DNA of 64,000 nucleotides from Trichoplax adhaerens (Eukaryota; Animalia; Placozoa): NCBI RefSeq assembly GCF_000150275.1, contig NW_002060956.1, positions 1,796,280 through 1,860,279 on the forward strand. Reading direction: 5' to 3'. The notes beneath the pieces were generated by a model, which was given only the letters and a program-made list of their open reading frames with translations, ran no database searches and had not been told where the DNA came from. The position numbers and the translations under genes are program-made. Positions 37,745-51,300 of the stretch are shown piece after piece. How positions within the stretch are numbered: the stretch's first letter is position 1; the number at the start of each line of letters is the position of its first letter.

Positions 37745-40700
37745 TTATATTATTTTCATGCCAACAATGGCCAGATTTCTAGGTGAAATGTATTCCTCAA
37801 ACAAAGGTATGATTCCACAATCTATGTTAAGCTCATTAAGGTACAAACAGCGGTCGATTGTTACGATACTTTCTAATAACGGCTGAAATAACACTTGTAA
37901 TGCCTATGGGATAATATAAATTGAAACAAACTAGAATATCGTAATCACTAAAATGTATGTAGAATTTTCTTTTGAAGAGAAAATCTTACCGTTATGGCTT
38001 CTGCATATGGTATTACCAGCTCGTGCTCCTTGTACTTTTGCATGCATGTAGCGAAGCATTTCTCATAATTTTCATCAGTGACTGCTATGGCAGTAAATTA
38101 TTTATTAATGCTGACATCAGTCTATCATATCCAGCACAACATTGTAGTTTGCAATCAACACAGATTTTAATATCATTAAAATTAGAGTGCTTTCTAAGTG
38201 ATTATGCGTGCTAAAGTAGCATCAGGTAACCACTAATTTAAGTGACTCATTGAGCTAACACAAAAATTACGGTACTAAAGCAAGGTGACAGTTAGGGGTT
38301 GCAGAGGTTCGGTTACAGTAACAGATATGCTTAGAGGTAACAACGTATACAGTATGCGAGGATATAGAATCTTAATCATTCTATTTTACCTTGGATGCGG
38401 TTAAGATAGATTTTAGTGTAATCTTCGAAGGTCATCGCTGCAGATACTTTAATACGAACACGACCTTGATTTGTTTCACGAATCTCTTTAAAATCATTTA
38501 AAGGCAAAGTATACTTTACACGCAAAAACTTTATGAGTACGGATATAAACGATAGAAAGATTGGCTCAGCTACCTCTAGGCAGTGCTTCATTTACAATTG
38601 AACGATATGCAACATTTTTTGTATGGAGTACATGCTGAGCTAGGCTCATTTTTTCCCATCTATAAAGTTAAGTTCGCCATATACAACCTGATTAAACACT
38701 ATCTGCTTTATCATTCGACCTGGATTGATATACAACACCGTATTGTAATACATAATGTAAAAAGCAAATTCTAACCTCTTTCTGGTCTCTTGTGCAGCTA
38801 AGCGCATTGCGTAAATCCCCATTTGCCAGTCGTGGTACTTTTTGCTCATCTGTGACAATATATCCTGTATAACACAACACAATGAACTTCAGCAATGTTA
38901 CTTTCAATTTAAGACTATTATTGATTATACGGGTATAGTATATGTCAATACTACGTAGAAGAGGCTTTGGTTGTGTTGAACTTAAAAAGTTATTACGATA
39001 CACCTACATTTAGATGAAAGCTCATCGGAAAATTTTTGAAGCAGCTATTTGCCTTAGTATCTGAAAGTCCAGTGCATGGTTTTGATGAGATTATGAAATA
39101 ATTATTTAATATTGAAACAAAATTACCTTGCCGCTCAGGCAGCGGGGTAGTCATGCCGTGATAACAGCAACCTACACAGACAAGAAGAGCAGAAAATGGG
39201 CAGTGTTCTCCAACGTAGTGCAAGATGTTAGGAGTTAAATCATTACAGCAATGTAAACCAGCGAAACAAATTGGTATAGTTAAATTTTCCTGATTTTGAT
39301 TCGGGAAACTAGCTACAGCTTGACAGTTGCCGTCTCTGGCGCTTTTCTTATTCACACCAATTGGATAATACAATCCTTTGCTGTTGTTAGTATGGTTAAT
39401 CGATAAATCTTCAACTAATCGTGTTAATTCTTGATAACTTTGAGTATCACCGCTTATTCTTAACGTAATACTGTTTATATCTTGTGGTCTAGACCCATCC
39501 CAAGTTGATAATGAGGCATTCCTTTTAGAAATTACTTTAACATTACGAGTAATAGCACTTTCGGATCTTTGCGAATTTGAATCAAGTCCAACAATTTTCA
39601 TTTTGTAAAGGCTATTAAGAACCTGGCCCAGATAACCCTAAAGATGAAGATACGTATCTTAATCTAATATGATTCATAGAGTAGCTGAACAGTAGGAGTA
39701 TTTCGTTTAATCTGCTTAATTTCAGCATTTCCTAACAAAAACTGATGTAGTATGACCTGTATTGAAAGCTACCATACAAAAACTAAATGAATTAAGCTGA
39801 ATTACCAGACCGGAACCAATGTCGACAACAGTCTCACAGCCATAGTTTTCGCACATTTTCGCAATGAAGGACGCCATTGATTCAACCTATTTGTGTATGT
39901 TGCGGGAATATATTACAATGAAGAGGACAACATGAGGATCAGGCAGAATCATTATTTTAAGTATAAAGTTATGTAATCGGCTAAAAGGATAATGTAAGAG
40001 TTGTCTATTAAAATCGATTAACCTCATGACGCTTTTTTGGGATCATTCCTAAGCCAATATCATCTTGAATCTCGGCCTTATCAATATTCTGATTTGGCTC
40101 TCGAGGCATAGCTAACGCAGCTACTTGAGTAATAAAATTCTGTAAAGATTTGGGCCAGAATTCCTAAGGATATATGTACAGATTGTGATTACTAAGAAAG
40201 GGTATTAGGTGCAGAAACAGTAGTAATATAGCAGATAAGGCTACTGGGTATTGTATTTTGCAGCATAATAAGCTCACTATTCTCATTCGAGCAAATCGCT
40301 TGAGTAGAATAACATCATTTCTATAGTACATGGATTAAGCAGCAGATGATAGTCTATAAAAAACCTGAAAGTAATCTTTCACTAGATTATAGACTTTGGT
40401 TTACATTATGCTCTGACATTACCTTTACTCTTCCTTGAGGAATATACTTTAGATCTTCATAAGAAAGCTGTAATAGAGGTTGCTGCCACTAAAGATGCAA
40501 AATATTTTGATGACATATTAAAAATTTCGAATTCATTCATTAAGCAGAGCAATGTTTAAATTCAAATCAGCAGTACTAGGAAGGTAATTGTACTTGTTAT
40601 CATGATAATTAATTTAATCGTCTACATTTAATACTGTATTGATAGGAAAATCCATCTCTACTAATTACAATATACTGTACTACAGTTGTTGTAGAGCAAA

Positions 40701-41078
40701 ATCGCTTGATTTCAACTCGAGCCTAAAGCAGTAGGTGATACGAGTACAAAACCTATCCGCGGTTCCTGCAGTATCACTCGATGAAATATCGCCTTATCTT
40801 AGACATATAGTGAAAATTACTCGTATTCTACCTTTAATTTAATGGTGCCTTGTAAAGCACCCAACACTCACTTCTTCAGGTATTTTTTCCCATATTCTCT
40901 CTTTAAAAAAGTCAACAACCTTAAAATTGTAAATCCATTCAAATTGAGCTACTATATCCACCACATCTTGCAAGTATTGTAGATGTCCATCTTTCCAGTG
41001 ATCATATGGAGAAGGTAAATTATAAGGATTGGATATTTTCTTTAGATTAAGCATTCCAGTAAGGTTCATCGATCGCAT
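37745..41078 (-). CDS. METTL25: METTL25 / METTL25B (RRNAD1) family SAM-dependent methyltransferase; about 11 exons
   Basis: Spliced motifs VVDFFKERIWEKIPEEW, WPKSL, GMIPKKRHEV, VVDIGSGLGYL (SAM motif I), IVGLDS, GLHCCNDL, VGCCYH, FPMS, and PLLESIVTIDRCLYLNE...PLFEEYISPRN. Stop TAA at 37745. The subfamily assignment is uncertain. Confidence 0.88.
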
Positions 41079-41184
41079 TCATTACTCATGTATGACCTTT
41101 GTCAGAGACCACATCGCACACCCTTCAATAATCACATGATTATAGAAAGTCTTGAGTTGTTCAACTGGTGCAAATAAAGATCTA

Positions 41185-41257
41185 CTTACGCAACGAAAAG
41201 CTTATGTCATGATAGCAGTACTTACGCTACGAAAAGCTCATAGTCGTGATAGCAGTA
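41185..41257. repeat. 2 x ~36-bp tandem duplication upstream of the methyltransferase gene
   Basis: CTTACGCAACGAAAAGCTTATGTCATGATAGCAGTA followed by CTTACGCTACGAAAAGCTCATAGTCGTGATAGCAGTA. Confidence 0.85.
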
Positions 41258-42486
41258 TTAAGCTGTGCCTTAACTTATTTTGGTCATGGAGGCCAAAGCA
41301 AAAGCTTTCTTTGACCTCAATGGATTGGACTACAATTTATATAAACGTATACTGTATGTGTCTACTACTCCGTTGAGTATACAACTGCGACTGCGCAATG
41401 CTAAGCCTCCTAATTGGACCAGTACTGTAACCATTCTGTATTTCATGGGCGGGGCGAGCTCTCTATACTGTACACTGTACATATGTACATGTAATAGTAC
41501 TAGTTAAAAGCACTTACGCAATACTGTGGTGTAGCCCCTTACAGGAACACTCCTCAGATCATAAGAATTATAATGGCATCCAAAAATATATCTACAGTAT
41601 TAGGGATAAGGGAAATTATGTGCGCATATAAAAGCTTATAGTGTACTGATGTCGGCTTTTCTTTTCCCGTCACCTGGAGCACCGTAAAAGGGATTTTATA
41701 TAAATAAATTAGAGAATTATAGAATTATCTTAACCTATACAGTACTGTATAGTATACACCCGTATATACTCGTATTACCGTGACTTTTCCTACAAAATAC
41801 TTCTCTTATCCCTTTAGATAAAATATCGTTATCTATGACGTTATACATACTTTATATACAGTAGATAACTACATAGTTTTATAATATTATTACATACTTA
41901 CGTAGATTTTCTATAAATTGAGCGACTTTTTAATAAAATTTGGGTTCAGCTTTGTCTAATAAGAGAGACTAGTATTGTGTTACTGTTCCTCCTGACGATA
42001 GAAGATCGTCAGTATTTTGAGTCGGACTGTAGGTAAATATCACGGAGGACAAACCCAACAGTAGACTCATCGTGTAATTTCTATTATAGTTTTAACTTTT
42101 CCTCTTTACAAATTTCTATTTGTAACAATTATTAATAGCACTTACTTTAAATTTGGCTAAAATTTCACGTTAGCAGGTCCTGACAAACCTTGAGCAATTG
42201 GTACTTGATATTTTTCTTGAACTTGTACTGGAGTATTGAGTTATTTGATCTTTTTTCAATTTTTTGATATAAACCATCAGTCACTGCCGCTTGTGCGGTC
42301 GGTTCAAACAGTATACAAATTATGCCGTGGCCTATTCCTTTATTGAATACTGATTTCAATTTTGAGGAAGCGCAAGTTTCTCAGGATGAGTGCCGATATT
42401 ATTATGGCTAGAGCATTAAATAGGATTCACAATCTGAGTAGTCCCACGATAGTTTGCTAGTAGGCTAGATCGTAAGATTATGCAAC

Positions 42487-43123
42487 TATCTATTGCCACT
42501 AGAGAGATATATTAGATATTGATAGTCCTCGGTATAAGAAATGATTGCTCGTGCGTACTGCTATAGCAAATGCAAAGCTGAACAAGAACCAAATATCCTG
42601 TCAAATATAGTTTTCGAAACAATTATTAGAGTGTGCAATGTGCATGTATCTATTGCCACTAGAGAGATACAATAGATACTAATAGTCTTTAGTAGAAGAA
42701 ATAATTACCCGTACGTACTTCCATAATAAATGCAAAGTTGAACAAGAACCAAAAATCTTTGTCCTTTTGTGCTTTTTTGAGATAATCATCAGATTGTAAA
42801 AATATCTATTGTCGTTGGAGAAATGCAATAATACTAATAGTTCTTGGTTGAAAAATGATTACTCATACGTACTGCAAGAATAAATGGAATAATGAACAAG
42901 AAATGCAATTCTTGTCTATTTTGTATTTTTCGAGACATTCTTTAAGATGTACGTGTATAATCTAGATCAAATAGGATGAATAATTGTCTATTGTCACTTG
43001 AGAAATGCAGTCGCTATTGATAGTCCTTAATAGACGAAGTGTAAACATGCTCGCATGCACTGCAATATTATAATTAATGCAAAGTTGAACAAGAAGCAAA
43101 AGTCTTGTCGATCTATTTTTTGA
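42487..43123. repeat. Degenerate tandem array, 4 copies of a ~160-bp unit
   Basis: Units start T(A/G)TCTATTG at 42487, 42647, 42803 and 42985, and share AATGCAAAG(C/T)TGAACAAGAA-like blocks. Confidence 0.85.
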
Positions 43124-43875
43124 TGCACTTACACTTTTACGTTTATAAGCTAGACTGTAGGATTTCTACAAGTATCACTCATCATTGAAGAGATGCGTGC
43201 AGTAAATGCTGATAAACATAATTAATCTTTGGTATATCGGATGGATTTTACTCATATTTATTAATCATTAAGTGAGTCTTTAGCTCTAATAACACCATTT
43301 TACTTTCATAGCATTCGATATGAAGGTACTTCTGAAGAACTATCTCGAATTTTCTTAATAGTCAATTGCTTCGTTTAATGTTCGTTGCAAAAGCTTTCAA
43401 ATAATTTCAAAATAGCTCTGGCCCTTGTTAAAATTTAGCACATTGATTTTACCATACGCATAAACAGAAAAAGGGATACGTTGATGTTTTACGATAATAA
43501 GATATTTCTTTTCTGATATCTGTTCAATAGTACAATATAAATCAGTGAATGATATCAAATTAAATAAACGTTAGCTACTGTGCTGTGTACAATATTACTG
43601 ACAAAAAGGTTACTTCAATGACGACCAATTGTACAAGAAAATGTTCAAACAGCTAGCTAACCGACAATCGAGGTAGAATTTAATATCTATGTCTAGATCG
43701 ATTCGGAACAATAATACTTTAAAGAAATTTTTTCGGATTTGATCAAACAGTATTATTATTAAATAATATGAACAATATCATAGGTTTTATATATAAGTGT
43801 GTTAACGTAATTATCCACGTTTACCGGTCCTTCGCTCTATCTTAGACGGACTATTGACTTGTTACTGGCGTGTGT

Positions 43876-45180
43876 TTAAGTTTCAGCTATTCTTTTCCCG
43901 TAAAAGTGAATAACCATTAGCATAAAACCCTCCGGAACAAAATATAAACTTAATACCAATAGCCTTGGAAAATACTTTATGTTAGTCCGAATAATATCGC
44001 AAACTTCACGATCTTTAACTTCCTTACGTGAGTGATCTAAAGGGGACCTATAGATTATGGTAAATAAATACCAAGCTATAATTCCAAGCAGTAGTAGAAT
44101 TAGAATTAGTTTCATCCACTTAAGCAGACTCTTGTTTTTGTTCCGTATCCCAATACATGCAGCAGCCATACATATAAAATTAATCACTAAATAGCATCCA
44201 AGCACAATTGCTGCTGTTGGATCATAAGCCCCAAGAGCACGTATTTTCGATAAGATAGTGCCACCTAATTGACAGATAGTGGCAAGAAGAAACAATTGAA
44301 ATGGTGTAGTTTCTTAATATCATTTTAAGAATGAATTGTACCTTTTAATCACAAACGAGTAGTTTAAATTAATAGTAATGATTAAAAAATATATAAATTA
44401 CGACCAATAAAGGTAAGCTAGTCTTAATTGTCATAAATGATATATTAAAATATTTAGGGTATTGTTTATTGCATTCTCTGTAAACTCTAAACTTACCTTC
44501 CAAAATATAAAAGAATGGGGTGACGATATAAATGTAAATTCCAATGATTGCGAGGATAATACCTAAGACTGAATACAGAATTTTTTTATAGTCATTTCAT
44601 GCAAGGATTGAAAACCAATGTAAAACCTCGTGATACTAGAATTTTAGTTCTGCATAGTTAAGACGAGAAATTTGTAATATAGAAGCATTTATTTAAGAAT
44701 CGTAGCCCTACAAAATTTAAGACATGTTGCTAATATCGATAATCTGGTTGGCTTCAGCGCTATTATTTTAGGTTTGCTTGGATCTAAAAATACAGGTTTA
44801 AAAAATAAAATTATTTTATGAGTTAAAATCATGTCACCTATAAAAGAATGCCTCAAATACCTATAAACGTATACAAGGATAATAAACAACATTGTATGTT
44901 TTAAGTCTGCATATCTATTGATACATGTATCCAGTCTTAAAGAAGAGGAAGTGAAACTCTTGAACAATGAACTCATTGAAGGATATTGTATTGACAACTT
45001 GTTTCACAAATTTTCTACCAGGGCGATAGAATAAATAGATACTATAAACAGATATTGATTAATACTTTAACGGACCTTCTTGCCCTGCTATTGGCAGCGG
45101 AGAGTCAGTAATAGTTGCTAAAGGTATGTCATTTTGGCCATTAGTAAGATCAGTAACATTAGCAACTGGATATACAATAC
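43876..45180 (-). CDS. Small multi-pass (about 4-5 TM) membrane protein of unknown family; 5' end unresolved
   Basis: The hydrophobic last exon 43876-44312 joins in phase with 44497-44562 (IILAIIGIYIYIVTPFFYILE|gtaagt). Less certain phase-compatible exons lie near 44710-44783 and 45076-45180. The start codon was not located. Confidence 0.55.
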
Positions 45181-47278
45181 CTCAATTGAAATATCTACTA
45201 TTTTTAAACCTGTCACAGTTCTACCAACAATGAAAACGTCTTTTAAGATAAACTGAAATTTTCATAATTTTTGCTAACTTTAAATGATCTTTTGTGGCTT
45301 TACGTAACTTTCCAGATGTAATCTTGTTGTTTATTGGTTACAAAGCAGCTATTAGTTTACTGATTTATCCAGGATTCTATTGCAAATGATCATGTATTGC
45401 ATATATGCAATAAAATTTTCTACATTGATAGCATTTACGACTGCAGTACTGATATGCTTGGAAGTTAACCATATGTTATTACAAAAAACAATTGACCATG
45501 CTAACAAATCCAGGTGGCTGCTGTTGTCAAACTATTATAAAGAATGCCATTATTGATGATTAATAAACATGGAAGAAGAATTACGCCAATATAATTCTCT
45601 AGATCATTTCTGTCATTAATATAAATTGGGTTGCAAGACTTCTGCTCAACAAGTCAAGTGATCATGTCGTACAAACAGCTAAACAATTTTCTTTACAGAA
45701 TGCATTAAATTAACAGTTTTACCTAAAGACCTTTATTTTAGTTTAAATTAAATAGGAATAATGTTGCAATGGCTTCTAATCTTTCTCTATTATTAAGTTT
45801 TATTTTCACGAATGGTAAATCTGCCTTTTCTGTTAATTATTTATATTGAAAGGATTTTGACAATGACAGTACGTTACATTCTTAGGCGTTATAAAATCCA
45901 AATAAATGCTTGTTTAATACGATGATACTTGCCAACAGTTTCCGAAGTAACTTTCTGCTAGTATAAAATTTAATTTCTAACTATTACATGAAACTAAATC
46001 TGAACAAATAGTAAATCGGCCAGTTTTGGTCTATTCCTTCCATTTAATGATAGTAAGTAAATATAATATGAACTGCATAAACGAGGAATAACTTATTTTA
46101 AGTAATGTAGAGATAGTAAGTTTTAAAAGCTACTGAAATTTATTAACGAATCACTAGTCCAGCATTGTATGAAATATATATCACTGTGAGTACGTATATT
46201 GCAAGGCTATACAGGCTAAATATTGAGATAAAATGAGTTAGATATATTTGATTTCTATAAGGCTACATAATATATTGTTCTCATAATATAGGATGGTATT
46301 TTGATGATAATTTGAATCTAGATATGTAGATAGAGATTTGTAGATACGGTATTTTATAAAAATGATATACAGTTTAACATAGAACAAATTCCTTCCCAAG
46401 TGTTCTAAATAACATTTCACATAATTTTTTTCAACTAAGAAATAACAAGTATATACGTCGTGCAATAAAGTACATCTCTCTCACGTCAGCATTTTCAAGT
46501 ATCGTAAGGGCAATAGCTTTGAAAGCAATTATAAGATATTAACTAGTCAACTAGTTATTTCGATATTTACTTTCATAACTTCAATAGTAGAATTTATAAC
46601 CGAATTATTGCCGAATTCTAACATATTGCGTTGAAATATCCTGAGTAGCAATATAGACAGGGCAACTCCATTGAATAAAAATAAATAAAATACTTCCGAC
46701 AATTTCCTCCATAATCAATAGAATTAACTTTAAATTTAACATACTGTACACTAAAAATTCTATTTTTAATGAACCTCATAATTCAGAAGTTTCTTATGAA
46801 AATAGATAATAGAAGCAGAGAAGTTTGACTGCTATAAATTCCGTGACAGTATTAACTAACTCATTGTTAGTTTTTGTTCTTAGAAATTTAAAGGATAAAT
46901 TTATCTTACAATAACATCATCTAAATGTCATAGCCATAAAGGAGTATAAATGTAAAAATAATATGTTTCAAAAGTTTTATAGCCCGAAGATGAATTATCT
47001 TAATATTTATTGCATCATGAATCACTGTAGCTGGATGTCGTTAAATAAATTAAGTACAGTTTATTCATAAACCAGCAAGCCATAATCCGCTCATATTGCT
47101 TTGAATACGGTGAAGGTGATTCAAGGGGAAGTAATTTGTTTCTAGATCAAATCTAAAAACTGAATTTTAGAGAATAACCATTTCACAGAAGTTCATCAGT
47201 AAAATGCAGTGAGTAAAGTTAGCCCACTTAATTGATTCGAGTGCTTGCTTTTTTTAACTTTCAGCTTTCAAATTTAAA

Positions 47279-48379
47279 TTGCTTTATTATCAAAAGGTTC
47301 AGGCAGAGTTTTTTCATTTTCTTGCTTTGATCACTTGCTTTTATTATTTTAGATTTAAAGCTCCTAGAACGTTAATCAATTTGTTTCAACATCCTGCTAT
47401 CATTATAGCATGGATTATCGGTCTATGTGGAATGATAGCTAACGTTACGCTTCTAATTGCTATTTGGAAAAGATATCAGGCAACCTTTAAAAAGGGCTGG
47501 TTCAAAAAGGAGTTAAAGACAGTGGAGTTATATATCATTAATTTAGTATTTGTTGATATACTAGGTGCAACCTACCTGCTTATCATTGCTGTTGCAAATA
47601 CTGTTTATGACGTTCATGATACCCGTGGAAAGTTACCATCTTCAAATTTTAGCAATATATTCACAAATAATAGCAAGCCTGTATCTATCGTTAATAGATG
47701 GGGAATCCATCCCCTCTGCAACATAGCCAGATTTCTTTACTTTTTATCACTTACTATGTCTGTTTTAATTACACTATTAATCGCTATAGAGCGCTGGTTA
47801 GTTGTCGTTGGATCTTTAAAAACTTCAGAAGTTAACAGAACAAGAGCGAGAGTAATATTAATACTCTGTTGGTTATTTTGTATCGGGAAGGCTCTTTATC
47901 CATTTATACGATCTATAGTGGTCTTAGATCGTGTTAAGAATCAAACACGCAGCAATCTAATGTTATGCCTACTTGCAGATCCTGATATTTCTAATGTACG
48001 TTATTTCAACATCATTAACTTAAATATCTTTTATATTTCTTACGTTTTCTGCATTTTAATATACATGTTATTGCTGATTAAAATGCATCAAGCCAGAAAG
48101 ATTACTCTATATAACAGTAAGAAACCGCAAGTTATTTTAGCAAAAACTATGGCCCTTATCACCGTTTGTAATTTATTCTCCAATCTTCCCATTACAATCA
48201 TTATTATATGCAGAATGAGAGGATTAACTATTGTTTTTAACCCAAATTTTACACATGCTTCTGCGATTTGTATCGTACTGATGTTTGTCAGTACAATTAG
48301 TAATCCAATTATCTACATTAACAGAAATCATCAAACTACGAATCGTAGTCAACGCCGCGTACGCATGAGAAAATTATAA
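47279..48379 (+). CDS. Rhodopsin-class (class A) GPCR, LGR/GRL101-like 7TM domain
   Basis: 366-aa ORF with 7 hydrophobic segments and motifs NLVFVDILGATYL, W..HPLC, IAIERW and SNPIIY. The TTG start is doubtful: a pyrimidine tract and ag at 47351-47352 suggest a splice acceptor or a different start. Confidence 0.88.
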   Translation: MLYYQKVQAEFFHFLALITCFYYFRFKAPRTLINLFQHPAIIIAWIIGLCGMIANVTLLIAIWKRYQATFKKGWFKKELKTVELYIINLVFVDILGATYLLIIAVANTVYDVHDTRGKLPSSNFSNIFTNNSKPVSIVNRWGIHPLCNIARFLYFLSLTMSVLITLLIAIERWLVVVGSLKTSEVNRTRARVILILCWLFCIGKALYPFIRSIVVLDRVKNQTRSNLMLCLLADPDISNVRYFNIINLNIFYISYVFCILIYMLLLIKMHQARKITLYNSKKPQVILAKTMALITVCNLFSNLPITIIIICRMRGLTIVFNPNFTHASAICIVLMFVSTISNPIIYINRNHQTTNRSQRRVRMRKL

Positions 48380-51300
48380 TAAATTAGCGGCTATAGAGAC
48401 CGGATCATATTATAGCCGTATTAAGCAAAAAATAGGTTAGCAAATTTAAGTTCTTACTAATAATAACGCCAATACCAATTTCTGAATTTAGTATAAGGTA
48501 GTATGATTCAATTGAAAATATAAACACCGATACAGTAATTACTTTCTCTGGTAAGCTTTGCTATATATGACGTTCATATTACGGAACTATGTCCGGATGT
48601 TATGTTTACTTAGTGACAATATTCTTCAATGTCTTTAGAGTGATCAGTAGACTAGCATATACTTATATACTTTATTCCCGTAGCAAGTTAATCCACAATC
48701 TAATATTGCATTTTAAGGCGAAACTTAAACTCAGTTGCACAGTACTACATATTGCAATCATATAATTGTAAACCTCCAAGGTAACCATTCTAGAAGAAAA
48801 CAACTTGTGTATATTCTTATTAGAATTTGATGATCCGTTTTTGAAATTTGCAAACCATAGAACTAGCTTCGATCATGTTATTTATTTTATTGCATAGCCT
48901 GTGGCATTCCTAGGATACTTTGTAATTAAAATAATACTATTTAATTATAGACAACAATGCGTTTAATACGTACATGTATAGAGATATCCTTTCCATGCAG
49001 CTCCTTTTAAGAATCTTACCACCTAGGGCATTTTAGAGATAAGTAGTTATTAATTTCTTAGTTTACTAAAAGAAAGAGCAAAGACTTGAAATTCTTGTAA
49101 TGATAAAGAATATTACGTTCAATTTAATCTATATTAATATTTAAGATCTTTTATTTTATTCCTTCATTCTTAAGAATTCGTTGTCGCCTCGATTAAAATC
49201 GTGTCTTAAACGAAATTATCTCATATTACACGATCAAATAAATTTAATATCTTTCAGTATCAAAAAAAATCTAAATTAAGCATACTACTATCTATTATAG
49301 ATTATTATATTAGTTTCTAATGCCTTGACCATCCCATTGCCATTCTATTGCTTAAATGTTTTATCACATATATTAGCGCAGCCTGTGAAGCTATGAGTAA
49401 TTGTAAATCTTAGGTCTATGTACCGTATATTTACTTTATTAGGTACATTTAAATGGTACTGATGTATTCATTATGGCAAATGATTGATGATGTCTTTTAT
49501 CAGATCATTAGGCAGCGTCTCGATCGCATTTAAATACTGCGTATATAAAGATACAAAATCACCCCACATACGGCGTTGCTTTATGGATATAGCTTCGACA
49601 GGACCATTAATTCAATCCATCACAATCGCCTTATAGATATTAGCAAAAATATTATAATATTTGTCCATCAGCTAATGGATAAAAAAAAAATATCATGATT
49701 TAGAGTTTAACAGGTTAATATATTTGAATTAATCATCACTGAACAGTAAATATATTTAATCGAGTGTAAATTCTATTATATTAAAATTCAAATAATCAAT
49801 ATCTAAATATCTTTATACAATATCATTTTATTCATCTTATACAGAAAGGCCGTCAATTCAGTGATATTCAAAATCACATAGGAATTTTTTCTATTTCCAA
49901 TGGTATCAAATATATTAAATTAAATACGATAATTGAGAAAATGCCCATTAAATTATATACGAGTGATTATAGTAGCTGTCAATAATGTATGCAGTTTTCA
50001 TTGGACTATTCTAATCTCGTTGTTAACTTGTGATTGCCATAAATAACTCCAGCGCAAGCTATCTTTTTCTCTTACATGTATCCGTAATTTCGGCATTATT
50101 GACAATAACGATATTAAATAACCATGCACACCTTAAAAATTACTGCTATGGTTTTGTGCAATTATGCGATCTTATGATCTACGTTTGGCATTTATGATTA
50201 GAAGCTAATTTCGGAGATATAATCCGTTATGCTATTACTTCAATTTTTTATCTTCTTATGTTAAGTATCATGAATCACGATTTGTTTTATTTTAGTAGCG
50301 ATGAAAAATGATTCGCATAATATCTATATGGTCATTCTCTTTCCAATATCAACTATTATTGAAATCAACACCATTAAGTTCGCAACTTTGCTTGCAGTCT
50401 TGATATTGAAACATCGTATTATAAAATTCGAATTATAGCTGCCTTTACAATAATTGCATAAAATTTGGAGCACCGATACATAGTGCAGTTTATAATTGAA
50501 TACTAATATAAAATCTCTTTCGATATACTTCGAGTATATGTCCTATGTACTCAGTGATTATCCATCTTGCATGGAGTAAAGGAAAATTTTATACAAACTA
50601 GCAGAATTACACGTATTGCGTCCCAACAAGATTTATCAGTTCCTTCTTGCATTTCTACGATAAAAACGATTACCTTTAAATGTTCGAAAACACCTAAAAT
50701 GATTTGCAATGCAATACGGCCATCTAGCTGGAAATACGTCAATAATGAATCAAAACAGTCTTAACAGTTAATCTTCCGTATCAAAATCAAGCATGCTTCT
50801 GTGCATTATGCGCAGTACAGTAATGTAACCTACAGCATCTACCGATATATGTTATTAATTACAACAGATCATTAATTAAATTTAATGCATTTTTGTCGTT
50901 AATGAAATTAAAATATAATCAGTTCTTTAGCACAAATTTAACGCTGAGCTAAGTATGTTGCTAGAATCTCATTTGTATTCATAAAATCATCCGACGTTAA
51001 TTGGTAAGTATGATTACATTAAGAATTCATTATCAAAGTTAAGTACGGGTAGGTTTAATATTCAGTGCTTAATTATTAGTTACGGCAAATATTTAAAGAG
51101 TCATAAAGCACGAGCCTGAATTCCATTTGGTAAAGCGGGCGCCTCTACAGTAAAATCCTGGTTGCCGTCAAAGAAAATCTACAATATACTAGAAATTTTT
51201 GGACGATAAAAAGATTGCAAATATATTAATTAGTCATTGTGTAGATGTTTTCAAAGTTAAATCACTTTTAACTAAATTAATTGGGAACTATCGAGCTTTT

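Noticed and set aside
31660-43123. CRISPR-like interpretation of the repeat arrays
   Set aside because: Eukaryotic context, degenerate full-unit repeats without unique spacers, and no cas genes.
50100-50770. Possible decayed GPCR pseudogene between the first two receptors
   Set aside because: Only vague hydrophobic fragments and no alignable motifs by eye. A TBLASTN with the neighbouring GPCRs would be needed.
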